From an uncultured Clostridia bacterium (GTDB taxonomy: Bacteria; Bacillota; Clostridia; Christensenellales; UBA1242): a DNA stretch of 64,000 nucleotides. The first letter of the stretch is position 1; every line of letters starts with the position of its first letter. Below the pieces are notes generated by a model. It did not search any database and was not told where the DNA came from. It saw only the letters and a program-made list of their open reading frames with translations. The stretch is taken from the NCBI GenBank assembly GCA_944349805.1, contig CALVNP010000055.1:1565-65564 (forward strand). The letters run 5' to 3'. Below are positions 54,154-64,000 of the stretch, piece after piece. Position numbers and translations under genes: made by a program.

Positions 54154-54516
54154 ATGAAAAAGAAAAAGGAATATTCTTGTGATATTGTTTTTAAAGATTT
54201 TGAAGGCGAGGTTAGAGGACTTTTTTCAACTGAACATATTTTAAATTGTTTCAATAATCGAGATGTTTACTTTTCTATTTTGCAGAATGAAAATATAAAA
54301 GCTTTGTTTAAAGATGAAGAATTAATGAGTACTGTAGAACATTTTTTTAAAAACAATTTAAATGTTTTGCAAACATCAAAAGCAAGTTTTATGCATAGAA
54401 ATACACTTTTATATAGACTAGATAAAATTAAAAAGTTGACAGGGCTTAATTTGAAGAGTTTTGAAGATGCTGTGGTATTTGAAAATTTAATTTGTGTTAA
54501 GAATCTTCTTTCTTAG
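54154..54516 (+). CDS. PucR/CdaR C-terminal-type HTH protein
   Basis: NLNVLQTSKASFMHRNTLLYRLDKIKKLTGLNL matches the PucR C-terminal HTH pattern. Confidence 0.65.
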   Translation: MKKKKEYSCDIVFKDFEGEVRGLFSTEHILNCFNNRDVYFSILQNENIKALFKDEELMSTVEHFFKNNLNVLQTSKASFMHRNTLLYRLDKIKKLTGLNLKSFEDAVVFENLICVKNLLS

Positions 54517-54826
54517 AACTATAATAATCTTTAACACTTACATATTTACAATCACTTATTTTAGTGGTTGTTTTTTTTACTTTTTTTTGTGTTGGTTGCA
54601 TTAAATTCATAATGCTCATTATTTGTGTTAATTGTGGATTATTAGATGATAAATTTTTTATTATTTCAATAGGGGAAGAGTTATTATTTAAAATAGAAAT
54701 CAAGGTTTCAAAATTTAAACCACTTTGTTGCGATTGTTGGTTGTTATTTTTATAAAAACTACTATCGTCTGGATAGTAATTAAACACATTGTTTTGATTA
54801 TTGTCAATATTATTTTTACTAAACAT
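54497..54826 (-). CDS. Asn/Gln-rich hypothetical protein
   Basis: 109 aa and low-complexity N/Q-rich. It converges on the previous gene with a 20-nt overlap. Confidence 0.35.
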   Translation of the reverse strand: MFSKNNIDNNQNNVFNYYPDDSSFYKNNNQQSQQSGLNFETLISILNNNSSPIEIIKNLSSNNPQLTQIMSIMNLMQPTQKKVKKTTTKISDCKYVSVKDYYSSKKEDS

Positions 54827-54896
54827 AAATTTCCTTATATGTACATTAATTTATATGCAAGCATATAATAGATTAGTTCAATAAAGGAGAATATTT

Positions 54897-55175
54897 GTGA
54901 AAAGTTTGTCAGAATTTGGTAATGAAAAGATTGAACAAGATAAGATTGAACAAGATGCAATCTTTGACGAAAAAAATATAAGAAACACTTATGAAAAATA
55001 TAAAGATTTACCAGAAGATGAATTGTTAAAAACTTTTTTGAAAGAAGTTGAAAATCAAAAAAGTAATGGTACTTTTAATTACGAAAATCTTAAGAGCTTG
55101 GTTGACAGTATGGCACCAATGCTTTCAACAGAACAACTTTTTAACATAAACACTCTTTTAGAAAAAATTAAGTAA
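54897..55175 (+). CDS. Hypothetical small acidic protein
   Basis: 92 aa. The GTG start sits behind RBS AAGGAG, directly upstream of the S8 protease gene. Confidence 0.45.
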   Translation: MKSLSEFGNEKIEQDKIEQDAIFDEKNIRNTYEKYKDLPEDELLKTFLKEVENQKSNGTFNYENLKSLVDSMAPMLSTEQLFNINTLLEKIK

Positions 55176-55191
55176 AAATTGTGGGTGGCAA

Positions 55192-56337
55192 ATGATAAAT
55201 AAAAAAATTGATTGTGAACTAAAAAAAATTATTGCTCTTGAAGATATAGAAAGAAATATTGATTGTTTAATATATCTTTCAAATTATCAATTTGCTTTAA
55301 ATAAAATTCGTGAAGCGGGATACAAAATTGAAAAAGAATTTCCTTTCATTAATGCCGTAAGTATTAAAACCCCAATAAGACTTTTAAATAAACTATCTAC
55401 CAAAAACTATGTACAATTTATTTCAAGTCAAAGTAAAGTTGAAGCGTTGATGCATATTTCAAGAAAGGTTTTAAAATTAAACAGCTTTGACGGTGGAAAC
55501 AATATTTCAATTGCATACATTGATACGGGAATATCTCCTCATCCTGACTTTAAATTAGTTAGAAATAGGATTATAAAATTTGTTGATTTAATCAACAACA
55601 AACCAACACCTTATGATGACAATGGACACGGAACTTTTGTTGCTGGAGTCGGTTCTGGAAATGGACTCATTTCAGCAGGAAGGTATAAAGGAATTGCTCC
55701 AAATTCAAACATTATTTCAATTAAAGCACTTGATAAAAATGGGGAAGCAAATGCCACAAAAATTTTAGAGGGTATGCAATGGATTTATGACAACTATAAA
55801 AAGTATGACATTAAAGTTGTTTGTATGAGTTTTGGGAGTGACCCTTTAGGATTTAATGACCCAATAATGAAAGGAGCTGAAACTCTTTGGAAAAATGGTA
55901 TTGTTGTTGTTTCTGCTGCAGGTAATAGTGGGCCAGATTATCAAACAATAAAAAGTCCTGGTGTTAGTCCTAAAATAATAACAGTTGGTGGTATGAATGA
56001 CAATAGATTTGATGATGAGTTTAAGGAAGAGTTTTATGAAATAGCAAAATTTTCATCTAGAGGACCTGCTTTAAATAGGTATAAACCTGATATTGTTGCA
56101 CCATCAGTTGATATCAATTCTTGTTCTAATGAATATGGTTATACAAAACTTAGTGGAACAAGTGTCGCAACGCCTATGATTGCAGGATTATGCGCCTTAG
56201 CTTTTGAAAAGAACAAAACACTTAGACCAGACCAAATAAAAAGAGCATTAATATACAGTGCTAACGGAATAACATATAACAAAAATATTGAAGGATTTGG
56301 ACTACCGAATGCTGAAAAATTTTTAAGTTTCATTTAG
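55192..56337 (+). CDS. Subtilisin-like serine protease (S8 family), no signal peptide
   Basis: The catalytic triad contexts are AYIDTGI (Asp), GHGTFVAG (His) and SGTSVATPMIAG (Ser). Confidence 0.88.
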   Translation: MINKKIDCELKKIIALEDIERNIDCLIYLSNYQFALNKIREAGYKIEKEFPFINAVSIKTPIRLLNKLSTKNYVQFISSQSKVEALMHISRKVLKLNSFDGGNNISIAYIDTGISPHPDFKLVRNRIIKFVDLINNKPTPYDDNGHGTFVAGVGSGNGLISAGRYKGIAPNSNIISIKALDKNGEANATKILEGMQWIYDNYKKYDIKVVCMSFGSDPLGFNDPIMKGAETLWKNGIVVVSAAGNSGPDYQTIKSPGVSPKIITVGGMNDNRFDDEFKEEFYEIAKFSSRGPALNRYKPDIVAPSVDINSCSNEYGYTKLSGTSVATPMIAGLCALAFEKNKTLRPDQIKRALIYSANGITYNKNIEGFGLPNAEKFLSFI

Positions 56338-57382
56338 AACTTGTTTTTGCAAGTTCTATTATTTTGTCAATAATTATTTTGTTTGAAGAAGCTGTTGTTA
56401 TGTTTTCCATATTCTTAAGATATTCATCTTTGTTTTGTTTTAATTTAATAATTGAATTGACAAGGGAAAGTGGTGATAAATTCTCTTCATATAAAACACT
56501 TGCATATCCATATTTTTTAAAGGCGTCAGCATTTTCAATTTGGTCGCCCCTTGATTGTGCTTTGCTTAATGGTATCAAAAGCATTGGTTTTTTTAAAGCT
56601 AAAATTTCAAATATTGAATTTGCACCTGCTCTTGATATTACATAATCGCATAAGGCAAAGTAATCCCAAATGTTTTCTGCAAACTCAAGCTGAAAATAAT
56701 TTGATTTGTTTATTTTTTTAGAATTGTTTTTCCCAACTATATGAACAATGTTAAAGTCTTTTAATTTGTCTATACTTTTGTAAACAACTTCATTAATGCT
56801 TTTAGAACCCAAACTACCACCAAAAATTAAAATGGTTGGTTGTTTTTTTTCAAATTTACATAAACATTTTTCTTTATTTCCATTAAAAATTTCTTGTCTT
56901 ATAGGAGAACCTGTATAGATGCATTTATTGTTTTTACATGATTCTCTAAAACTTGTAAACATATATGTACATTTTTTAAGTATTAATTTATTTGCTAAAC
57001 CAAAAGAAAAATCGCTTTCGTGACTTATAATTGGGATTCCAAGTTTCTTTCCAGCAAAACAAACAGGAACAGAAACAAATCCTCCTTTTGAAAAAATTAT
57101 ATCTGGTTTTATGTCTTTTAAAATCTTTTTACATTGTGATATGAAAGAAAAAAGTTTAAAGGGAATAAGTAAATTTTTTAGTGTCAGCTTTCTTATAAAT
57201 TTTACTGTATTTATTTCTATAAACTCCACACCCTTAATTTTTGATATTAAGTGTTTTTCCATACCGTTTTTACTGCCAATATAAATTATTTTTTGAAAGT
57301 GCTTTTTAAGTTCTGGAATAAGTGCAATATTGGGCATAATATGTCCAGCAGTACCACCACCAGTTAATACAATTGTTTTCAT
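56330..57382 (-). CDS. murG: UDP-N-acetylglucosamine--N-acetylmuramyl-(pentapeptide) pyrophosphoryl-undecaprenol N-acetylglucosamine transferase (lipid II synthase)
   Basis: The N-terminal TGGGTAGHIMPNIAL motif and the C-terminal GGSLGS/RAGANS pattern. Confidence 0.9.
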   Translation of the reverse strand: MKTIVLTGGGTAGHIMPNIALIPELKKHFQKIIYIGSKNGMEKHLISKIKGVEFIEINTVKFIRKLTLKNLLIPFKLFSFISQCKKILKDIKPDIIFSKGGFVSVPVCFAGKKLGIPIISHESDFSFGLANKLILKKCTYMFTSFRESCKNNKCIYTGSPIRQEIFNGNKEKCLCKFEKKQPTILIFGGSLGSKSINEVVYKSIDKLKDFNIVHIVGKNNSKKINKSNYFQLEFAENIWDYFALCDYVISRAGANSIFEILALKKPMLLIPLSKAQSRGDQIENADAFKKYGYASVLYEENLSPLSLVNSIIKLKQNKDEYLKNMENITTASSNKIIIDKIIELAKTSSK

Positions 57383-57547
57383 ATTTTTATTTTATGATTT
57401 TGTTTAATTTTTATGCTATAATGAATAATTATGCAATATTATGTATAAATAATAATTTTTGCAAAATATAAAAATGTTTTTAGACTTTTATTTTCTTGAC
57501 AATAATTTTTTAAAATTGTTATACTAAAATGTTAATAAGAGGGATAT

Positions 57548-59488
57548 ATGGCAAATTATGAATCTAAAGATATTGTGGTTTTAGACGGCTTAGATGCAGT
57601 CAGGTTGCGTCCTGGAATGTATATAGGAACTACAGGTAATAAAGGATTGCATCACATTCTTTGGGAGATTGTCGACAATGCAATAGATGAAATTTCAAAT
57701 GGTTTTGGTAATAAAATTGTAATCACCTTAGAAAAAGATGGCTCTGCCACTGTTGAAGATAATGGAAGGGGTATACCTGTTGATATACATCCAACTGAAA
57801 AAAAATCAGGTGTGGAAGTGGTGTTTACAAAGCTTCACGCAGGTGGAAAATTTGATACACATAATTATGGATTTTCTGGTGGATTGCACGGTGTCGGTGC
57901 ATCAGTTACTAATGCTTTATCTGAATGGCTTAAAGTTACAGTGTGTAAGGACAAGAAAAAATATTTTATGGAGTTTAGGAGCTACGCAGATGAAAAGGGA
58001 AAGGTTCATAGTGGTGTTCCAATTTCGCCATTAACAGAAATAGGTGTTGCAACGACATCTGGAACAAAAGTACAGTTTCTTCCAGATAAGAGAGTGTTTG
58101 AAGATATAAAATTTAATTATGATGTTATTGCTAGAAGAATTAAAGAGTTGGCATTTTTAAACAAAGGGATAATAATACAATTAATTGATAAAAATTCTGG
58201 TCAGGATCAGACATATTGTTATGAAGGTGGCTTAAAGGATTTTATTCTTTATATTAATGAAGGTAAAACAACACTTTTTAGTCAACCAATTTATTTGTCA
58301 GCTGAAAGCAAAATTATAAAAATGGAAAGTGTTATTCAGTATACAGATTCTTATACTGAGAATTCTTTTTCTTTTGTAAACAACATACCAACCACAGAAG
58401 GTGGTACACACGAGACAGGCTTTAGGACAGGCTTTACAAAATTTATGAACGAATTTGCAAGAAATAATGGGTTTTTAAAAGATAAAGAACAAAATTTTAT
58501 AGGTGAAGATTTCAGAGAAGGTATAACAGTAATTCTTGCAATTAAAATGAACAATGTTCAGTTTGAAGGACAGACAAAAACCAAGCTTGGTAATCCAGAA
58601 GCAAAGACAGAGATTGAAGCTATGGTTTATAAGGGGCTGAGTAAATTCTTTGAAGTTAAAGATAATCAGAAAATTGCAGAAATTATTATAAACAAGGCAA
58701 AGGGTGCTGCAAAAAGCAGAGAAGCAGCAAAAAGAGCAAAAGAGCTTACCAGAGCAAAAAACTCAGTAGATAATTATAATTTAGTGGGTAAGCTTGCAAG
58801 TTGTACAAGTAGAAAGTCTGAATTGTCAGAATTGTTTATTGTGGAAGGTGATAGTGCAGGTGGAAGCGCAAAACAAGGTAGAGATAGGACATTTCAGGCA
58901 ATTTTACCTTTAAGAGGAAAACCTCTAAATGCTGAGAAAAAAAGATTAGAACAAGTTTTGGCAAATGAGGAAATTAGAACAATAATAAGTGCGCTTGAAA
59001 CAGGAATTAGTGAAGATTTCAATATTAACAATTTAAGATATAATAAAGTTATAATTCTGTCAGATGCTGACCAAGATGGTGCACATATAAGAGCAATTCT
59101 GTTAACATTCTTTTTTAGGTATATGAAGGAATTAATAACAGATGGACACGTATTTATAGGACTACCACCACTATATAAAATTCAAAAGGGTAATCAGGTA
59201 GAATATGTTTATTCTGATTATGAACTTCCAGATGCAATAAAAAAATTTGGTAAAAATTATCAAATTCAGAGATATAAAGGATTAGGGGAAATGAATCCTG
59301 AACAACTATGGGAAACAACTATGGACCCTGCTAAAAGGTCTTTGGTTAAAGTTACAATTGAAGATGCAACTGAAGCAGAAAAAATGGTTACTACTTGGAT
59401 GGGAGATAATATAGAAGCTAGAAAATCTTATATAAATGAACACGCTAATTTTAATAGAGAAGATACATTTTTAGAAGAAATAAGGTAG
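57548..59488 (+). CDS. parE: Type IIA topoisomerase subunit B (ParE/GyrB family; ParE favoured)
   Basis: The GHKL ATPase is GLHHILWEIVDNAIDE and DNGRGIP. The TOPRIM region is EGDSAGG and DADQDGAHI. It is called ParE because the partner lacks a GyrA box and the locus is not next to dnaA/recF. Confidence 0.7.
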   Translation: MANYESKDIVVLDGLDAVRLRPGMYIGTTGNKGLHHILWEIVDNAIDEISNGFGNKIVITLEKDGSATVEDNGRGIPVDIHPTEKKSGVEVVFTKLHAGGKFDTHNYGFSGGLHGVGASVTNALSEWLKVTVCKDKKKYFMEFRSYADEKGKVHSGVPISPLTEIGVATTSGTKVQFLPDKRVFEDIKFNYDVIARRIKELAFLNKGIIIQLIDKNSGQDQTYCYEGGLKDFILYINEGKTTLFSQPIYLSAESKIIKMESVIQYTDSYTENSFSFVNNIPTTEGGTHETGFRTGFTKFMNEFARNNGFLKDKEQNFIGEDFREGITVILAIKMNNVQFEGQTKTKLGNPEAKTEIEAMVYKGLSKFFEVKDNQKIAEIIINKAKGAAKSREAAKRAKELTRAKNSVDNYNLVGKLASCTSRKSELSELFIVEGDSAGGSAKQGRDRTFQAILPLRGKPLNAEKKRLEQVLANEEIRTIISALETGISEDFNINNLRYNKVIILSDADQDGAHIRAILLTFFFRYMKELITDGHVFIGLPPLYKIQKGNQVEYVYSDYELPDAIKKFGKNYQIQRYKGLGEMNPEQLWETTMDPAKRSLVKVTIEDATEAEKMVTTWMGDNIEARKSYINEHANFNREDTFLEEIR

Positions 59489-59497
59489 AGGTGTTGT

Positions 59498-62416
59498 TTG
59501 AAAGATGATGAATTTGACGGCGAATTAAAAGGTGAAGAATTATTGCCGGGACAGATGTGTTATGATGAGTTGTTAACAAATGACAATATTGACGAAGATT
59601 CTGAACAAGAATATAAAAATTTTGTTTTACAAAATCAATTAAACATCGATGATCTTGTTGTAAATAATCTGAATCAAAATAAAGATGAGAATTTAAAGAA
59701 TTTTATCGACAAAGATTCAATTAATACACCTATTGGGAAAAACAATTTAGAATCAGATGACTTGGGGAAAAATAATGTAGAATCAGATGAAAACCAAATA
59801 GATGATATAGATTTGGAAGTAGATAATTTAAAAAAGGAACATAGTGATGAAGTAAAACAAGCAACTGAAAAAATAATAGAAAATGAAAACCATTATGAAG
59901 AAGACAGTGTTTATGATAACACTTTTAACATAAATTTAAGAGAAAATAAAAAGAAGGATAGTATGTCAGAAAAACAAGAAAAAAATAATTCTTTAAGGTT
60001 CAAACCGTTTGATTATGAAGATGGAGTTATTGTAAAGACAATAGATGAGGTTCTTCACGAGTCTATGATACCATACACAGAACACGTTGTAATGGATAGA
60101 GCTCTGCCAAGAGTTGAGGATGGACTAAAACCTGTTCAAAGACGCATTCTTTATTCAATGCTGGAATTAGGGCTAACACCAGATAAGCAATATAGAAAGT
60201 CAGCTCGTATTGTGGGTGATTGTATGGGTAAGTACCACCCACACGGTGATAGTTCTGTTTATGATGCAATGGTGCGTATGTCACAAGATTTTAGTTTACG
60301 AGCACCACTTGTTGATGGGCACGGAAACTTCGGTTCTGTTGACGGTGATAGTGCTGCAGCTATGAGATACACCGAAGCAAAACTTACGCCATTAGCAATG
60401 GAACTTTTGAGAGATTTAGAAAAAAATACTGTCCATTGGAGCTTAAATTTTGATGATACAATAAAAGAACCAGATATGTTGCCTGGAAGATTTCCAAATC
60501 TTTTAGTCAATGGGGCATCAGGTATAGCAGTTGGTGTTGCAACAAACATACCACCTCACAACTTAGGAGAAGTTATAAATGGAGTTGTGGCATACATTGA
60601 TAACAATAAGATTACAATAGATGAAATGATGAAGTATATTCCTGCACCAGACTTTCCAACAGGTGGTATAATTATCTGTAATGAAGAATTAAAAACGGCC
60701 TATGAAACAGGTAAGGGTAAAATTGTTTTAAGAGCAAAAGTAAAGCTTGAAGAGGAGGGGGATAAACAAAATTTAGTTATAACTGAAATTCCCTATCAGG
60801 TTAATAAAGCAGCATTGTTGCAAAAAATAGCAGAATTAAAATCTGATGAAAATTCTTTAGCGTCCTATATTGGTGAAATCCGTGACGAGTCCGATAGAAA
60901 TGGAATGCGTGCTGTTTTAAAAATAAAAAAGGGTGGCAATGCAGAAAAGATATTGGAGTACTTATTCAAAGTTACACAATTAGAAATATCTTTTGGAATT
61001 AATATGGTTGCTATTGCAAATGGAAAGCCAAAGCAGTTAGGACTGCTTGATATCATTAGTTACTATGTTGAATATCAAAGAGAGGTTATTGTTCGAAGAA
61101 CAAAATTTGACCTTGATGTTGCAAAAGATAGGGCACATATTGTAGAAGGTCTGCTGATTGCCATACGAAATATTGATGAAGTTGTTAAAATAATTAAAAA
61201 ATCTGCAACAACTACGGAAGCTAAACAAAAATTAAAAGACAGATTTAATTTGTCAGAAAAACAAGCTCAGGCAATTTTAGATATGAGATTGGCAAGATTA
61301 GTTAACCTTGAAATAACTAAACTTGAACAAGAGCTAAAAGACCTAAAACTTCTTATAGAAAAATTGACAGCTATTTATAATTCTAAAAAACTTCAATACA
61401 ACACTGTCAAAACTGAAATATTGTCAATTAAAAACAAATTTGCAAATCCAAGAAGAAGCAATATAACCAAAGTTAAGGGAAATGTTGAAAGAAAAGTAGA
61501 ATTAAAAGTTGAAAATGAGGTCGTTTCAAAAGATGTTGTTGTGACAATTTGTGCTGATAAGACTGTAAAAAGTATACCACTTAAAAATTATATGATGAGT
61601 AGCAAAGAGTTAACAGACACCTCTTCATTAAATGATGTACATTTGACAGAGCTATTTAGTGTTACAACAAACAAAGGCTTAATTTTTACAAATTTCGGAA
61701 ATGTTTTGAAGATTAATTTTTCTGAAATAAATGAATGTAAGTGGAGGGGAAAAGGTGTTTCATTAAAATCTATAAATTCAAAAGTTCTTACAGATGAATA
61801 TCCTGTATCTATAATAGAAATACCTGATAATCTTGAAAATTTAGAATTGCTTTTTTATACACAGAAGGGTATGGTTAAACTTAGCACCCTAGATGAATGC
61901 GTTGTAAACAAATCTTATTATCAAGCCATTAAATTAAAAGATGATGATTTATTGTTAAATGTAGAAATAAAGAATGAAGATTCCTCAGTTTTAATGGTTA
62001 CACAAAAAGCTATGGCGTTACATTTCAAATTAGATGATGTTCCTGTTATGGGTAGAGTTTCTGTTGGTGTTAAGGGAATAAACTTAGATGATGATGATTT
62101 TGTAATCTTTGCAGGTCAAACTGAAAGAACGGGTGCTATAACTGTTTTGACAAGTGATGGTTTTGGTAAAAAAGTCCCAATTGGTGAGTATGAAAAAATG
62201 GCTAGATATAGAAAAGGGTTAAGAATTATATCTTTAAATAATGGTTCAAATTTAATTTATGCTTCCTTTAAAAAGGAACCAAAGTCAATTGCTATAAAGA
62301 AGGAAACAAGTTTAGAATTATTGAAAGATAAGAATATAAGTTATGATTCAAGAACCTCAAAAGGTAAACAACTTATAAAAAGTAAATTTTTAGAAGCATT
62401 TATTTATCAGGATTAA
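59498..62416 (+). CDS. parC: Type IIA topoisomerase subunit A (ParC-like) with a ~170-aa acidic N-terminal extension
   Basis: The core begins at ...[32 protein letters not shown]. The active-site region is [10 protein letters not shown]. No QRRGGKG GyrA box is present in the C-terminal domain. The TTG start sits behind RBS GAGGTG. Confidence 0.7.
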   Translation: MKDDEFDGELKGEELLPGQMCYDELLTNDNIDEDSEQEYKNFVLQNQLNIDDLVVNNLNQNKDENLKNFIDKDSINTPIGKNNLESDDLGKNNVESDENQIDDIDLEVDNLKKEHSDEVKQATEKIIENENHYEEDSVYDNTFNINLRENKKKDSMSEKQEKNNSLRFKPFDYEDGVIVKTIDEVLHESMIPYTEHVVMDRALPRVEDGLKPVQRRILYSMLELGLTPDKQYRKSARIVGDCMGKYHPHGDSSVYDAMVRMSQDFSLRAPLVDGHGNFGSVDGDSAAAMRYTEAKLTPLAMELLRDLEKNTVHWSLNFDDTIKEPDMLPGRFPNLLVNGASGIAVGVATNIPPHNLGEVINGVVAYIDNNKITIDEMMKYIPAPDFPTGGIIICNEELKTAYETGKGKIVLRAKVKLEEEGDKQNLVITEIPYQVNKAALLQKIAELKSDENSLASYIGEIRDESDRNGMRAVLKIKKGGNAEKILEYLFKVTQLEISFGINMVAIANGKPKQLGLLDIISYYVEYQREVIVRRTKFDLDVAKDRAHIVEGLLIAIRNIDEVVKIIKKSATTTEAKQKLKDRFNLSEKQAQAILDMRLARLVNLEITKLEQELKDLKLLIEKLTAIYNSKKLQYNTVKTEILSIKNKFANPRRSNITKVKGNVERKVELKVENEVVSKDVVVTICADKTVKSIPLKNYMMSSKELTDTSSLNDVHLTELFSVTTNKGLIFTNFGNVLKINFSEINECKWRGKGVSLKSINSKVLTDEYPVSIIEIPDNLENLELLFYTQKGMVKLSTLDECVVNKSYYQAIKLKDDDLLLNVEIKNEDSSVLMVTQKAMALHFKLDDVPVMGRVSVGVKGINLDDDDFVIFAGQTERTGAITVLTSDGFGKKVPIGEYEKMARYRKGLRIISLNNGSNLIYASFKKEPKSIAIKKETSLELLKDKNISYDSRTSKGKQLIKSKFLEAFIYQD

Positions 62417-62451
62417 ATTATTTATTTTATTTAAAAACTTTTATAAATGTA

Positions 62452-62480
62452 TTGATTTTTATTTTTATAGGTGTTATAAT
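62452..62480 (+). promoter_or_regulatory. SigA-type promoter of the rimP-nusA operon
   Basis: TTGATT, then a 17-nt spacer ending in TGT, then TATAAT (extended -10). Confidence 0.6.
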
Positions 62481-62498
62481 AAACGCGTTAGCAACTTT

Positions 62499-62530
62499 GG
62501 GAGTGGGCAGTTTGCCCACTCTTAATTTTA
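62499..62530 (+). promoter_or_regulatory. Leader hairpin / attenuator-like terminator upstream of rimP
   Basis: Stem GAGTGGGCA/TGCCCACTC followed by the interrupted U-tract TTAATTTT. It lies between the promoter and the rimP RBS. Confidence 0.5.
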
Positions 62531-62542
62531 GAAAGGAGTTTT

Positions 62543-63004
62543 ATGGCAAGTAAGGTAGAAATGCTTTGTGAAGAAAACATTGTACCTTTAATTGAAAAGT
62601 TGGGTTACGATGTTATTGAAGTAGAGTATGCGAAAAAGGTAGACGGAATGAATTTGACATTTGTCATAGATAAAGAAAATGGTGTGAATCTAGATGATTG
62701 TGAAAAGGTTCATAAATTGGTTGATGAGAAACTAGATGAATTAAATCCCACTAATGATTCCCCATATATTTTAAATGTCAGTTCGGCAGGCATAGATAGA
62801 CCTATAAAAAATTATAAAGATTTTTTAAGGAACAAAGGCAAACAAGTTGAGTTAAAGCTTTTTACTCCTGTTGATGGAAATAAAAATTTTGTTGGAGAAT
62901 TAAAAGACTTTACTGATTCAAGTATAGTAATTGTTGTGGACAAACAAGAAAAAGTTTTTAATAGAGATAAAGTTGCGCAGGTAAATCCTGTAATCAAATT
63001 TTAA
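62543..63004 (+). CDS. rimP: Ribosome maturation factor RimP
   Basis: 153 aa in the YlxS/RimP pattern (GY.....V.........L...ID......L.DCE..). It lies directly upstream of nusA. Confidence 0.88.
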   Translation: MASKVEMLCEENIVPLIEKLGYDVIEVEYAKKVDGMNLTFVIDKENGVNLDDCEKVHKLVDEKLDELNPTNDSPYILNVSSAGIDRPIKNYKDFLRNKGKQVELKLFTPVDGNKNFVGELKDFTDSSIVIVVDKQEKVFNRDKVAQVNPVIKF

Positions 63005-63014
63005 GGAGATAAAA

Positions 63015-64000
63015 ATGGTAAATAAAGATTTTTTTCAAGCATTAGACGAATTAGAGGCAGAAAAGAAAATAAATAAGGAACAATTTATTGAAACTTTAGA
63101 AACGGCACTGACATCTGCATATAAAAAAATGTATGGAGAGGCAAAGTCTGCAATGGTAAAACTTATTCCAGAAAAGAATACAATTAAAATTTATTCTTAT
63201 AAGACAGTTGTAGATAATGTTGAAGATGAAGATAAACAAATAAGTTTAGAAGATGCAAAAAAGATTAAAAAATCTTACGAACTTGGTGATACTGTTGTTA
63301 ATGAAGAATCAACAAAAGAATTTGGTAGAATTGCAGCACAAACAGCAAAACAAGTTGTAATGCAAAAATTAAGAGAAATTGAAAGATCAATTGCCGTTTC
63401 AGAATTGTCTGAAAAAGAAGATGAGCTTTTAACTACAATTGTAAAAAGAATTGATAATGGAACAGTTTATGTTAGTATCGCAGGCTCTCATACAGAAGGT
63501 GTTATGCTTGAATCAGATCAGATTCCTGGAGAAAAATTCCGTGTTGGTGATAGGGTTAAAGTTTATGTTAAAAGAATAAAAGAAAGTTTTAAGGGAACAC
63601 AAATTCAAGTATCAAGAAGTAATGCTGAATTTGTAAAAAAACTTTTTGAGCTTGAAATTCCTGAAATTACAAGTGGAGATGTAATAATAAAAGATATTGC
63701 AAGAGATCCTGGAAATAGGACAAAGATTTCTGTATATTCAAACAAACCAAATGTTGATGCTTTAGGGGCTTGTGTGGGCAACAGAGGAATAAGAATAAAC
63801 CAAATTGTTTCTGAAATAAATGGTGAAAAAATAGATTTGGTGTTATATTCAGATGACCCACTTGAATACATTGCAAGAGCATTGAGTCCTGCAAAAGTTA
63901 TAAGTGTTGAAACAAACGAGAGCTTAAAAGTTTCAAGAGTTATAGTTCCAAAAGATAAATTATCCTTGGCAATTGGTAAAAACGGACAGAATGTTAGGCT
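63015..64000 (+). CDS. nusA: Transcription termination/antitermination factor NusA (3' end outside window)
   Basis: ATG 63015 sits behind RBS AAGGAG. The translation reads MVNKDFFQALDELEAEKKI...FGRIAAQTAKQVV.QKLRE...S1 domain...RDPG.RTKI.V......D..GACVG.RG.RI. It is not in the ORF track because the frame is still open at the window end. Confidence 0.93.
   Translation, partial: MVNKDFFQALDELEAEKKINKEQFIETLETALTSAYKKMYGEAKSAMVKLIPEKNTIKIYSYKTVVDNVEDEDKQISLEDAKKIKKSYELGDTVVNEESTKEFGRIAAQTAKQVVMQKLREIERSIAVSELSEKEDELLTTIVKRIDNGTVYVSIAGSHTEGVMLESDQIPGEKFRVGDRVKVYVKRIKESFKGTQIQVSRSNAEFVKKLFELEIPEITSGDVIIKDIARDPGNRTKISVYSNKPNVDALGACVGNRGIRINQIVSEINGEKIDLVLYSDDPLEYIARALSPAKVISVETNESLKVSRVIVPKDKLSLAIGKNGQNVR

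Noticed and set aside
57738-58034. 98-aa plus-strand ORF inside parE, plus similar short ORFs inside ligA, clpC, priA, parC and the 1052-aa gene
   Set aside because: They are nested in alternative frames of strongly supported genes and have no independent signals.
1-64000. Genetic code 4 (UGA read as Trp), considered because of the very low GC content
   Set aside because: TGA terminates well-defined genes (sepF at 31778-31780, spoVM at 12990-12992). The only tRNA-Trp seen has anticodon CCA. Conserved proteins show no in-frame TGA.

Overview
This is a low-GC (about 30%) Bacillota chromosome segment from a probable spore-former, since spoVM, spoVAE and a PdaB-like deacetylase are present. It uses the standard genetic code: TGA acts as a stop and tRNA-Trp carries a CCA anticodon. 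Most of the window is housekeeping: pcrA-ligA, rpoZ, rpmF, rpsU, rnhA, dinB, clpC, hpf, rpmB, the yloU/yloV homologues, sepF-lspA-rluD, tig-clpP-clpX, priA-def-fmt, rsgA-rpe, murG, parE-parC and rimP-nusA. The one clear accessory region is a 12.3-kb integrated element at 15565-27914. It sits inside the anticodon loop of a host tRNA-Arg(CCT) gene and splits that gene into two halves, with only an 8-bp direct repeat (CTCCTAAG) at the junctions. The element carries its own complete, unrelated tRNA-Arg(CCT). Its backbone consists of a tyrosine integrase, an Xis-like protein, a winged-helix Rep-like protein and a roughly 430-bp non-coding field built from several families of short repeats in trimer arrays. 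No capsid, lysis or conjugation genes are present. Two defence modules are carried as cargo. The first is a CBASS-like operon (CD-NTase, an E2-like protein with a SEC-C motif, and an HNH-SAVED Cap5-like effector) preceded by an XRE/ImmA-like regulator pair. The second is a C-M-R type II restriction-modification operon (MvaI/BcnI-family nuclease) extended by an ASCH protein and a 4-TM protein. All calls rest on motif recognition by eye and on synteny; no database search was run.
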